Assembly (NCBI GenBank): GCA_963975425.1
Contig: CAXBGS010000004.1
Coordinates: 525,953-589,952 of the forward strand
From: an uncultured Pirellulaceae bacterium
GTDB lineage: Bacteria > Planctomycetota > Planctomycetia > Pirellulales > Pirellulaceae
Direction: 5' to 3'
Length of the DNA: 64,000 bases
Shown: positions 9,579-17,354 of the stretch, one piece after another
How positions within the stretch are numbered: position 1 is the first letter of the stretch
Layout: each line of letters opens with the position of its first letter
Notes under the pieces: model-generated
Told to the model about the DNA's origin: nothing
What the model saw: the letters and a program-made list of their open reading frames with translations, nothing else
The model's database searches: none
Translations under genes and position numbers: made by a program

Positions 9579-10967
9579 ATGATCCAACGGACGTCCGATC
9601 ACGAGAATCCTAATCACGCCGCGAACAAGCGGGTGTTTCCGCTTTCACTGGCGCCGATCGACTGGTTCTTTTACCGCGACGACTGCTCGCAGTACCCCAT
9701 GGTGTTCTACGTCGACTTGGACTTTTCCGGTCGACTCGATCACGAACGCATGGCGATCGCACTCACCGAGGCAATCTATCGACACCCACTGATGTACGCG
9801 ATTGTGCAACCGGGTCGGCGAAATCGTCCCAGCTGGGTGCTCGCCCCCGAACGCTTGCCGAAAATCGACTGGGGTCCGATGGGAACACCGCTGGACACCG
9901 GCGGTAGCGATTCGATCGACATCACCCAGGTACCGGGGCTAAGGGTCTGGGCACGCGAATCGGAAACGTCGACCAAGGTCACGATGCAGTTTCATCATGC
10001 GACCTGTGACGGCACCGGCGCGTACCGTTTCATCGGCGATCTGCTCGGATGCTATATCCGGCAACTGCCCTCGTGTGCCGACAAGGTCGAAATGGGAACG
10101 TTCGACGCAAAACAGCTCCGACTGCGCCCGTCAAAAATGCGCAGCCTGACCGCGGGTGCGTCGTTCATGCAAGCGATGAAATGTGGTGTCCAGCAGGGAT
10201 GGAAAACGTTTGGGGCACGCATCACGGCGCTGCGCGCACCGAAAGCCAGACCCGACGGTGCGAGCTTTCCGGGAATCATCACCCACGAATTCTCCGGCGA
10301 TGATCAAAAGAAATTGCGAAACGTTGCGACCGAGCTTGGCGTCACGATGAACGACCTGCTGATTTGGAAACTGTTCCAAGCCATCGGGGTGTGGAACGGG
10401 TCCATGGGTGAGGGCCGAAAACTGCGTATGTTGGTGCCATCAGACATGCGTGCGGGAGACGATTTTGAACAACCCGCTTGTAACATGACGGCTTACACGT
10501 TCTTGACACACAACGCCGGCGAACTGGCAAATGCCGAACAATTACTCGCGTCAATCCGCCAAGACACGCTGCAAATCAAACACGGAAATCTGCAGCAGCA
10601 ATTCATCGACGGACTGACATCGGCAATGTCGAACCCCAACTTCCTGACCTTTCTGCTGCGACGAAATTTTTGCTTGGCGACCTGTGTATTGTCCAACGCG
10701 GGCGATCCGGCGAAACGTTTCACGTGCCGGTTGCCGAAAACGCGAGGCAAAGTCAGCTGCGATGACTTCACGCTTGAAGCGATCACGGGTGTCCCGCCCC
10801 TGAGGCGAAACACGCGCAGCACACTGTCGGTCAGCTCGTATGGCCGCAAGTTGATCTTCTCGATGCGTTGTGATCCGCACCGGTTCTCTCAAGCCGACAC
10901 GACCGCGCTGTTGGACGTTTTCTGTGATCAGCTGAGGCCGCTGTTGGCCGACCAGGACGAGACGTAA
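9579..10967 (+). CDS. WS/DGAT-like or condensation-domain-like acyltransferase (HHxxxDG active-site motif)
   Basis: FHHATCDGTGAYRF lies about 147 aa from the chosen ATG, the same position as the HHxxxDG catalytic motif in wax-ester synthase/DGAT and condensation/CAT-fold acyltransferases. The N-terminal PIDWFFY...PM pattern resembles the WS/DGAT N-terminus. The 462-aa length fits WS/DGAT. The track ORF extends upstream to 9333 but that region is low-complexity, so ATG 9579 is preferred. Confidence 0.55.
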   Translation: MIQRTSDHENPNHAANKRVFPLSLAPIDWFFYRDDCSQYPMVFYVDLDFSGRLDHERMAIALTEAIYRHPLMYAIVQPGRRNRPSWVLAPERLPKIDWGPMGTPLDTGGSDSIDITQVPGLRVWARESETSTKVTMQFHHATCDGTGAYRFIGDLLGCYIRQLPSCADKVEMGTFDAKQLRLRPSKMRSLTAGASFMQAMKCGVQQGWKTFGARITALRAPKARPDGASFPGIITHEFSGDDQKKLRNVATELGVTMNDLLIWKLFQAIGVWNGSMGEGRKLRMLVPSDMRAGDDFEQPACNMTAYTFLTHNAGELANAEQLLASIRQDTLQIKHGNLQQQFIDGLTSAMSNPNFLTFLLRRNFCLATCVLSNAGDPAKRFTCRLPKTRGKVSCDDFTLEAITGVPPLRRNTRSTLSVSSYGRKLIFSMRCDPHRFSQADTTALLDVFCDQLRPLLADQDET

Positions 10968-11188
10968 AAATCGCCCAAATCACGAGGCGGGCCAGATCAC
11001 CCAATACGCCGGATGCTCTAAGGCCGAGTGACCCGATGGCCGAATAACCCGCTGCACCGGCACACTCGTGTACCCAGGCCTGTTTCGAGGGTTTGCCGGA
11101 CAAGCTCGCAAATTGCGTTATTCGCGCCCTCGGATTATCGTGGGAAAGCTTGTCCGACTCGATTTGTCATCATCCTTGCTGGTCCGAA

Positions 11189-11458
11189 ATGCTTTACTTC
11201 ATCCTGTGGGTCATTTTTCTGCTGTTCGTCGTGCTGGCGATCCCGGTCACGTCGATGCTGGAAAAGCGAAAATACCGCTCTGGCGTCGCCGATCAAAACG
11301 CGGGCGATTCGGGCGAGGAATTTGGTGACGAGGAACCCATCGAGGAACAGCCTGCCGCCGATGACGACATGGGGATGGGCGACGACATGGGCGAGTTTGC
11401 CGACTCGACACCCGCCGCTGGCGACGACTTTTCCGCTTTCGAAGACGATTTCAAATAG
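11189..11458 (+). CDS. Small membrane protein (single TM) with strongly acidic C-terminal tail; hypothetical
   Basis: ATG 11189 gives MLYFILWVIFLLFVVLAIPVTSMLEKRKYRS (a TM helix plus positive-inside residues). The remainder is a D/E-rich tail ending FEDDFK. Codon third positions are G/C-biased as in neighbouring genes. Confidence 0.45.
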   Translation: MLYFILWVIFLLFVVLAIPVTSMLEKRKYRSGVADQNAGDSGEEFGDEEPIEEQPAADDDMGMGDDMGEFADSTPAAGDDFSAFEDDFK

Positions 11459-11496
11459 AAAAACCATCGTCTTGAAATAAAAGAACAACGTGGGTG

Positions 11497-11580
11497 ATCG
11501 CGAGACGATCAATGCGTTCGGATCGCCTCGCGATCAATGCGTTCGGATCGCCTTGCGATCAATGCATTCGGATCGCCTTG
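11497..11580. repeat. 25-bp direct tandem repeat, about 3.4 copies (GATCAATGCGTTCGGATCGCCTYGC); each unit carries two GATC sites
   Basis: Copies at 11497-11521, 11522-11546 (1 mismatch) and 11547-11571 (2 mismatches), plus a partial copy 11572-11580. It lies in the 140-bp convergent intergenic space and ends 17 nt from the AKR stop codon. Confidence 0.85.
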
Positions 11581-11597
11581 CGATCAATGACCACCGG

Positions 11598-12491
11598 CTA
11601 GGTTGTCGCTAGGACCTGGTCGATGCGATGGACGGTTTCTGAATCCAATCGCCTCGTTTTCGCGGTTTCTTTGATTTGCTGCGGACGTCGCGCGCCGACC
11701 AGCGCCGACGTGACTCCGTCTTGCGCCAGCGCCCAACCGATCGAGAGCTGTGCAATGGTGAGACGTTCGTCCTGGGCGATCTCGGACAAGCGATCGAGAA
11801 TGTCGTGAGTCCGACGCCGCTGTTCGCCTTGAAAGATCGGATAGTTGGGACGCGAATCGCCCGGCGCGAACACATGATCTCGCGTGATCTTGCCGGCCAG
11901 CAACCCCTTCATCAATGTCCAAAACACGTGCACCTCGCCGCCGTCCTGATGACATTGGGGAATCAATTGTTCCAGGTTCTCTTGCTGCAACATATTCAGC
12001 GGACACTGAATCGCATCACAACGACAGACACTTGCAAATTGTGCACGCTGTTGAGAATCGACATTACAGACACCCGTGGTGCGGCAAAGACCTCGCTGAC
12101 GCAATTGATCAATCGTTTCCGCAGACTTTTCTATCGGGACGTTTGGATCGGGTGAATGCAACATCAGCAGATCAAACTGCTCGATCCCGATCCGGCGAAG
12201 CGACGTTTCGGCATCGGACGACAGCGTTTGCGGCGAACCGTCGACAACTCGCTGATGATCACCGCTCCAACGTTGCCCGACCTTACCGATGATGAAGTAT
12301 TTATCTCGGTCTTGCGCCACGAATTGGCCGAGCAAGCGATCACTTTCACCGTCATAGCCATAGCTGAATGCAGTGTCAAAGCGCGTGATCCCACATTCAA
12401 TCGCGGCTGCAACGGTGGACCGTGCGTCTTGTGGCGTGACGCCGATGGTGGTCACGCCGGCGACGGGCCATAGACCGAGTGTGATGGGCAT
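11598..12491 (-). CDS. Aldo/keto reductase family oxidoreductase
   Basis: ATG 12491 gives MPITLGLWPVAGVTTIGVTPQDARSTVAAAIECGITRFDTAFSYGYDGESDRLLG, a typical AKR N-terminus with the catalytic D/Y region. It has an ...HSPD... motif and a C-terminal NAD(P)-binding segment. The longer track ORF upstream is an artefact of translating the heptamer repeat (VTCHLSP x3). Confidence 0.8.
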   Translation of the reverse strand: MPITLGLWPVAGVTTIGVTPQDARSTVAAAIECGITRFDTAFSYGYDGESDRLLGQFVAQDRDKYFIIGKVGQRWSGDHQRVVDGSPQTLSSDAETSLRRIGIEQFDLLMLHSPDPNVPIEKSAETIDQLRQRGLCRTTGVCNVDSQQRAQFASVCRCDAIQCPLNMLQQENLEQLIPQCHQDGGEVHVFWTLMKGLLAGKITRDHVFAPGDSRPNYPIFQGEQRRRTHDILDRLSEIAQDERLTIAQLSIGWALAQDGVTSALVGARRPQQIKETAKTRRLDSETVHRIDQVLATT

Positions 12492-12497
12492 AGTTAG

Positions 12498-12553
12498 GTG
12501 ACAGGTGACAGGTGACAGGTGACAGGTGACAGGTGACAGGTGACAGGTGACAG
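12498..12553. repeat. Perfect heptanucleotide microsatellite (GTGACAG)x8
   Basis: Eight uninterrupted copies in 56 bp. It begins 6 nt upstream of the AKR start codon (minus strand: (CTGTCAC)8-CTAACT-ATG). Confidence 0.9.
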
Positions 12554-12561
12554 GATACGAA

Positions 12562-12596
12562 AAAAGCGTGGAAGAGGTTTCCCTGTTCCACGCTTT
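12562..12596 (-). terminator. Rho-independent terminator for the outer-membrane protein gene
   Basis: Inverted repeat AAAAGCGTGGAA...TTCCACGCTTTT with a 12-nt stem. On the minus-strand transcript the 3-prime arm runs into UUUUUUCG. It lies 80 nt downstream of the 12677 stop. Confidence 0.5.
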
Positions 12597-12676
12597 TGTT
12601 GATTGAGTCAGGCAGGCGCCGACTGGGTGTTCCGGACTGAGTTGACCAGTCGGAGCCCTGATTCCTCGGTCAAGTC

Positions 12677-14194
12677 TTAGTAGGTGACCGTGACACCAAG
12701 GTCTACGCCCTGAACCCACATGCCGGTGTCCTGGAAAGTGAACAAGCGATTCGTGTCGACGAACGGTGCTTGAAACTGCGTCCCATCAATGTTGGGATTG
12801 ATGTAATCACCAACCAGGGCGACGTTGTCAAAGTACATGAAGGTGTACCCGACATTGAACTCGACGTGGTCGCGGAACTTGTAACCTAGTTTCAAATTCC
12901 ACTCGGGGATGAATGAGAACTCGTCATTCTCGAACGTGCCCGACTCACCCAGTCCGACAAAGATGCCGGCGTCGGCATCGGGGTTTAGCGAGTCGGTGCG
13001 ACTGCCGCGAGCTGTCTGAGTTTGCTGCATATTGCCCAAGTGAACCTTGGTTAACGAGCGTGCGGTCCAGCGTCCACGAGAGATCACCGATTCGAGACCG
13101 ATTTGACCACCATGAAAGCGATTTTCCGTTTCGCCGTAGTCGCTAAAGGTCCGAACTTGCCCGGTTCCAGGCAGATTGTCGATGCGAGCATTCAGCCCTA
13201 GCGTGTGGTCAACCTGGAAGTATGAGTAGCCACCGATGAAGTCGGTGCTGCAGCACTTGCCCGACACAAAGTTGATTCGTGCGTAGGCTTCGGCGGCGAG
13301 CATGTCGATCGCACTTTCCACTTGAACGCTGCCGGTGAAATTACCGTTGAGCGCGACAATCACGGCGTCGTGCTGATTCAAGTCGGTGTTGAAAAACGGG
13401 ATTCCGACCGATCCATCGGAACCATTGGTTGTTCCGCGACTGTAGTCATCGGAACTTTCATCCAGAATCCAAAAGCGGCCGCCGATTCCGATGTCGTCGG
13501 TGATCCATTTTCCATAGTCACCACGGAAGCCGACAGAAAGATCCGATTCCAGTTCACCACCGAACGCAACGTTTGCATTGGGGTTCGACAGATACGGAAG
13601 CTCGCCAGCGGGTGCCGTTACGACCAATGGTGGTGTTTCGACAGGTTGAACGAACCACATCAAGAATTCGGCGCGAGCCCAGCCCGCACTGTTGCCGCAT
13701 TTCATCAGGTCGGCGAGTCCGCCGAGTCCGTTCTTGCCGCAGCCGAGTGAATCACAGCCGCCGTCGCATCCTCCATCACAACCGCCGTCACAGTAAGCCG
13801 ACGTGGGTGCGGAGTAAACGCTGCCACTGGCCATGTCGAAACCGACCGGTTGCAGCTGCGATGCAGCCACCGGTGCGTACTGCCGACCCGCTGGTTGGCG
13901 AACTTGAGCCATTTGTGAACTCTGGCGCACATGGTGACTGGCCGATCGAACCGCCGTGCCGGCTTGTGCTTCATTGGCGTACGATTCTGCTTCGTCGCTT
14001 GCCCGCATTGCGTAGCTGGCATCTTCGGCAAAGTAGGCATCTTCTTCGGCAGAGGCAACGTCGCCAACAAAGGCGACGGGTGTCACGAAGCCGTCACCAT
14101 CGTAGGTAACGTCGTTTTGTTCGCCTGAGGCGACAGTTGAGGCGGACAGCAACATTGCTGCCAAGGTCATGCCTCGAAATTTAGTTTTCATCAT
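12677..14194 (-). CDS. Putative outer-membrane beta-barrel protein of the planctomycete-specific type (BBP7-like), with signal peptide
   Basis: MMKTKFRGMTLAAMLLSASTVASGE is a signal peptide. The N-terminal region is Ala/Glu-rich and disordered. A CDGGCDGGCDGGCD cysteine repeat follows. The C-terminal 330 aa show alternating hydrophobic/polar beta-strand periodicity with aromatic girdle residues (WFVQPV..., GYKFRDHVEFNVGYTFMYF). The family assignment is from memory and not certain. Confidence 0.5.
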   Translation of the reverse strand: MMKTKFRGMTLAAMLLSASTVASGEQNDVTYDGDGFVTPVAFVGDVASAEEDAYFAEDASYAMRASDEAESYANEAQAGTAVRSASHHVRQSSQMAQVRQPAGRQYAPVAASQLQPVGFDMASGSVYSAPTSAYCDGGCDGGCDGGCDSLGCGKNGLGGLADLMKCGNSAGWARAEFLMWFVQPVETPPLVVTAPAGELPYLSNPNANVAFGGELESDLSVGFRGDYGKWITDDIGIGGRFWILDESSDDYSRGTTNGSDGSVGIPFFNTDLNQHDAVIVALNGNFTGSVQVESAIDMLAAEAYARINFVSGKCCSTDFIGGYSYFQVDHTLGLNARIDNLPGTGQVRTFSDYGETENRFHGGQIGLESVISRGRWTARSLTKVHLGNMQQTQTARGSRTDSLNPDADAGIFVGLGESGTFENDEFSFIPEWNLKLGYKFRDHVEFNVGYTFMYFDNVALVGDYINPNIDGTQFQAPFVDTNRLFTFQDTGMWVQGVDLGVTVTY

Positions 14195-14453
14195 AAGTCT
14201 CGTTCAGTCCGGGAACACTGGTTTGACTGCTATAGGTGGATCGACCGAATCCACCCGTAGATGCAGTACTGTCGGAACCCTAGGTAGAGTCGACCTATCT
14301 TCGCTATCTTCATAAATGAAAGTTACGAAGTTTATCTATCACCCCTGAAACACTCGCTAGAATGAGTTTTTGCCGGCACCGTCGAAGACAAATCGACTGC
14401 CATCTGACCAAAATATCCGGCAGAATGATCCGAACGTTGCTGAGAGAGCCTGG

Positions 14454-16988
14454 ATGTCCGCGCGAGACGCAAACGACTTAACCGACCCCAACATCGAGGA
14501 TGAGCATGATGACTTCGCGATGGACGATGTGGCGGACCGTTCGAACTTCCCCGATCCCGATCCAGGTCACCAGCCCGATCCAGGTCACCAGCCCGATCCA
14601 AGTCATCAGCCCGATCCGCAAGGCCACGACCAGTCGTCGCCGGTGCAGACCGAAAACGAGTCGCCTGGTGCAGGTGATGCACATGTCGACAACGAGCCGC
14701 CAGAGGTAAACCCGTCGCACGCAGAACGCGAACACACCACGGACATCGCCCCCACGGTGACCGACTTGCTGGCAGAAACAGAACGGTTGGCGGCCACGGA
14801 TTCGCTAGAGCAACCAGAACTGCCGCAAGCACCCGAACCGCTTGAGGATGCAGAACCGCTGCTCGAACGGGAACCGGAGTCGTTGGGCGAACCGCAGCAG
14901 GACTTCGGCGTCCAGGACATTGTCGCCCAGGACACAGTAACACAGCACGCAGAAACACAGGGCGCCGACGCGTTGCTTGCGCCGGAACCGGCGGAAGACG
15001 GTTCGGCGCAACACGCCGATGCGGCGGCTCGGCGCAGCGGTGGAACTCACAAAGCCGTCTCGGCGATTTCGATGCAAGGGATTCGTCCGCGGATGATTCG
15101 CTGGCGGAAACAACTTGCCCAGATCAGCGAGCTGGAATCGACGCTGCAAGCCGAGGAAGACATCACCCTTCGCAAACGTTCGCTCGCACTGCGATATCGC
15201 GCGATGGCCGGCGAAAAGTTGACGACGCTGCTGCCGGAAGGTTACGCGCTGGTTCGCGAAGCCGGCCGCCGAGCTTTGGGGATGCGGCACTATGACGTGC
15301 AAATCATTGGTGGCATCGCATTGTTCGAAGGCTATATCGCCGAGATGCAAACCGGTGAAGGTAAAACGCTGACCGCGACGTTACCGTTGTATCTGCATTC
15401 ATTGGTCGGCAAGGGCGCACACTTGGCGACGGTCAACGACTACTTGGCTAAACGTGACGCCGAATGGATGCGCCCGGTGTTTGAATTGCTGGGTTTAACC
15501 GTTGGCATCATTCAAACGCCCGACGACCAGGGATCACGTCGTACGGCTTACGGCGCATCCATCACCTACGGGACGGCCAAGGAGTTCGGGTTCGATTTTC
15601 TACGAGACCGTCTGTTGCTGCGAGCACAAAACCGTTTGCAGACAGAAATGCTTGGTGACGGAGGCGGGCTTAGCGACAGCGGTGACAAACCGGTCATGCG
15701 AGGCATGCATTTCTGCTTGGTCGATGAGGCCGACAGCATCTTGATCGATGAGGCGAGAACGCCGCTGATCATCGGCAGCATCGAAGACACCGTTCGCGAT
15801 CAAATCGTTCAAACATATCACTGGGCGTCGAAACATGCGCCGGAGTTTGAACAAGACAACCACTTCACGATCGACCCAGAAACCAAACAATACGAACTGA
15901 CCGCACGGGGACGGCAAAAGGTACGCTCGCTGCCCAAAGACGACCTGGTTCGCACCATGGGCTTGGTCGATTTGTACGAGTTTACCGAGCGGGCGGTGAA
16001 AGTTCACGAAGAGTTCTTGTTGGACCGTCAATACGTGGTGCGACCGGGTGAAAAGGGAGTCGACGAGATCGTGATCGTCGACGAATTCACCGGCCGACTT
16101 GCCGAAGGACGCAAGTGGCGCGACGGCATTCACCAAGCCATCGAAGCCAAGGAAGGGATTGAAATCAGCGTGCCGACCGGACAGGCGGCACGGATCACGG
16201 TACAGGACTTGTTCCTTCGATACCCACACCTCGCTGGCATGACGGGAACCGCGGCCACCAGTGCGAGAGAGCTGAAACGAATCTATCGCACGCCCGTGTT
16301 GCGAGTGCCCACGAACCGCCCACCACGCCGCAAGCGATTGCCCGATAGCGTGTACGGGTCGATGATGTCCAAGTTCGAAGCGATCGTTCGCGAAGTCGAA
16401 AAGGTTCATGCCGATGGTCGTCCCGTATTGATCGGAACGCGATCGATCGACAAGAGCGAGATCATCTCGAAACTGCTGGACGGTCTGGGCATCGAGCATC
16501 AAGTGCTTAATGCCAACAACGTCGAACGCGAAGCAGAAATCGTTTCGCTGGCGGGCGGCCGCGGCAAGGTCACCGTGGCAACCAACATGGCCGGTCGCGG
16601 TACCGACATCAAACTGGGTGACGACGTCGAAAGCATCGGCGGGATGCACGTCATCTGTACCGAATTGCACGATGCGGCACGAATTGACCGGCAATTGATC
16701 GGCCGCTGCGGTCGACAAGGTGATCAAGGATCGTATCGACAATTCCTTTCCCTGGATGATGACATCCTGAAAGGTGGGCTGGGACCGGACAGGGCCCAAA
16801 AGCTAAAGCAGCGAGGTGCCGACATTGCCGGTTCGGCCGACCGCTTTGCCAAACTCTTTCGCAAAGCCCAGCGAAAGGTCGAGCGAAAGCATTTTCGCGA
16901 TCGAATGGTATTGCTGCATCACGAAAAGGAACGCAAGAAGATGCAGCGTGAAATCGGTCAAGACCCGTATCTGGACACGCCAGATTGA
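14454..16988 (+). CDS. SecA-family preprotein translocase ATPase paralog, C-terminally truncated (ends within helical scaffold domain), with a long acidic N-terminal extension
   Basis: RMIRWRKQLAQISELE...LVREAGRRALGMRHYDVQIIGGIALFEGYIAEMQTGEGKTLTATLPLYL...HLATVNDYLAKRDAEWMRPVFELLGLTVG aligns residue-for-residue with the SecA NBD1 region. The DEAD-box equivalent (LVDEADSILIDEARTPLII), NBD2 (TNMAGRGTDIKLG...RIDRQLIGRCGRQGDQGS) and the start of the helical scaffold domain (AQRKVERKHFRDRMVLLHHEKERKK) are present. The ORF stops there, so the HWD and C-terminal linker are absent. The start is uncertain: TTG 14370 and ATG 14454 both give a roughly 240-aa acidic extension. ATG 15072 (MQGIRPRMIRWRK) would give a 638-aa protein starting at the canonical SecA N-terminus. 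Confidence 0.75.
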   Translation: MSARDANDLTDPNIEDEHDDFAMDDVADRSNFPDPDPGHQPDPGHQPDPSHQPDPQGHDQSSPVQTENESPGAGDAHVDNEPPEVNPSHAEREHTTDIAPTVTDLLAETERLAATDSLEQPELPQAPEPLEDAEPLLEREPESLGEPQQDFGVQDIVAQDTVTQHAETQGADALLAPEPAEDGSAQHADAAARRSGGTHKAVSAISMQGIRPRMIRWRKQLAQISELESTLQAEEDITLRKRSLALRYRAMAGEKLTTLLPEGYALVREAGRRALGMRHYDVQIIGGIALFEGYIAEMQTGEGKTLTATLPLYLHSLVGKGAHLATVNDYLAKRDAEWMRPVFELLGLTVGIIQTPDDQGSRRTAYGASITYGTAKEFGFDFLRDRLLLRAQNRLQTEMLGDGGGLSDSGDKPVMRGMHFCLVDEADSILIDEARTPLIIGSIEDTVRDQIVQTYHWASKHAPEFEQDNHFTIDPETKQYELTARGRQKVRSLPKDDLVRTMGLVDLYEFTERAVKVHEEFLLDRQYVVRPGEKGVDEIVIVDEFTGRLAEGRKWRDGIHQAIEAKEGIEISVPTGQAARITVQDLFLRYPHLAGMTGTAATSARELKRIYRTPVLRVPTNRPPRRKRLPDSVYGSMMSKFEAIVREVEKVHADGRPVLIGTRSIDKSEIISKLLDGLGIEHQVLNANNVEREAEIVSLAGGRGKVTVATNMAGRGTDIKLGDDVESIGGMHVICTELHDAARIDRQLIGRCGRQGDQGSYRQFLSLDDDILKGGLGPDRAQKLKQRGADIAGSADRFAKLFRKAQRKVERKHFRDRMVLLHHEKERKKMQREIGQDPYLDTPD
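14559..14612 (+). repeat. 18-bp in-frame tandem repeat x3 (GATCCAGGTCACCAGCCC) encoding (DPGHQP)3 inside the SecA-like N-terminal extension
   Basis: Two perfect copies and one copy with two substitutions (GATCCAAGTCATCAGCCC). Confidence 0.8.
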
Positions 16989-17354
16989 TCATCACAGGGC
17001 AACGCCTTGGACCGTTCCTCGCTTGCACCCCGGCTGGTCGTTTGCGTGTGAAACTCCGCGTGAGGACATAAAATTTTGTTTCGTCGTGGATCGGTGTTGA
17101 CACTTCCTTTCAAAACTCCGTATTCCCGCTTCAACTCAGGAAAATCTCGAAGGATTCCGCGGCCGTTGTTGGCTGATCGTTTGTTCATGGACGAGCAAAC
17201 GGAAGAGCCCTTTGCCGGTTCTCTTGAACCACGACACAGACATTACAACTAGAGCCGTATGCTCGACGAGCGTGAGTCGGAACTCAGTCACCACTGATTC
17301 CGGAGCACCAGGGAAGAATTAATTGAAGTCTCACCGCGAAGAAGGAGAGTCGCG

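Noticed and set aside
11497-12553. CRISPR array
   Set aside because: All three repeat tracts (25-mer, 7-mer and the 17-mer at 23.8 kb) are contiguous tandem repeats without unique spacers. There are no cas genes in the window.
12563-12719. Extended 373-aa reading of the aldo/keto reductase ORF with VTCHLSPVTCHLSPVTCHL N-terminal repeats
   Set aside because: That segment is a translation of the (GTGACAG)8 microsatellite and the upstream terminator hairpin. The AKR family N-terminus begins cleanly at ATG 12491.
15600-16799. Long antisense or overlapping ORFs from the six-frame track (for example 15600..16799 -, 20157..20870 -, 25869..26717 +, 29142..29918 +, 45725..46561 -, 52207..53106 +, 31544..32056 +)
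   Set aside because: Each lies entirely inside a confidently assigned gene on the opposite strand or another frame. Their translations are low-complexity Arg/Gly/Asp-rich shadow ORFs typical of GC-rich DNA.
17097-17126. Candidate sigma70-like promoter TTGACA-18nt-TATTCC upstream of the secretin gene
   Set aside because: The -10 match is only 3/6. It lies 230 nt from the start. This is too weak to call without a mapped transcription start site.
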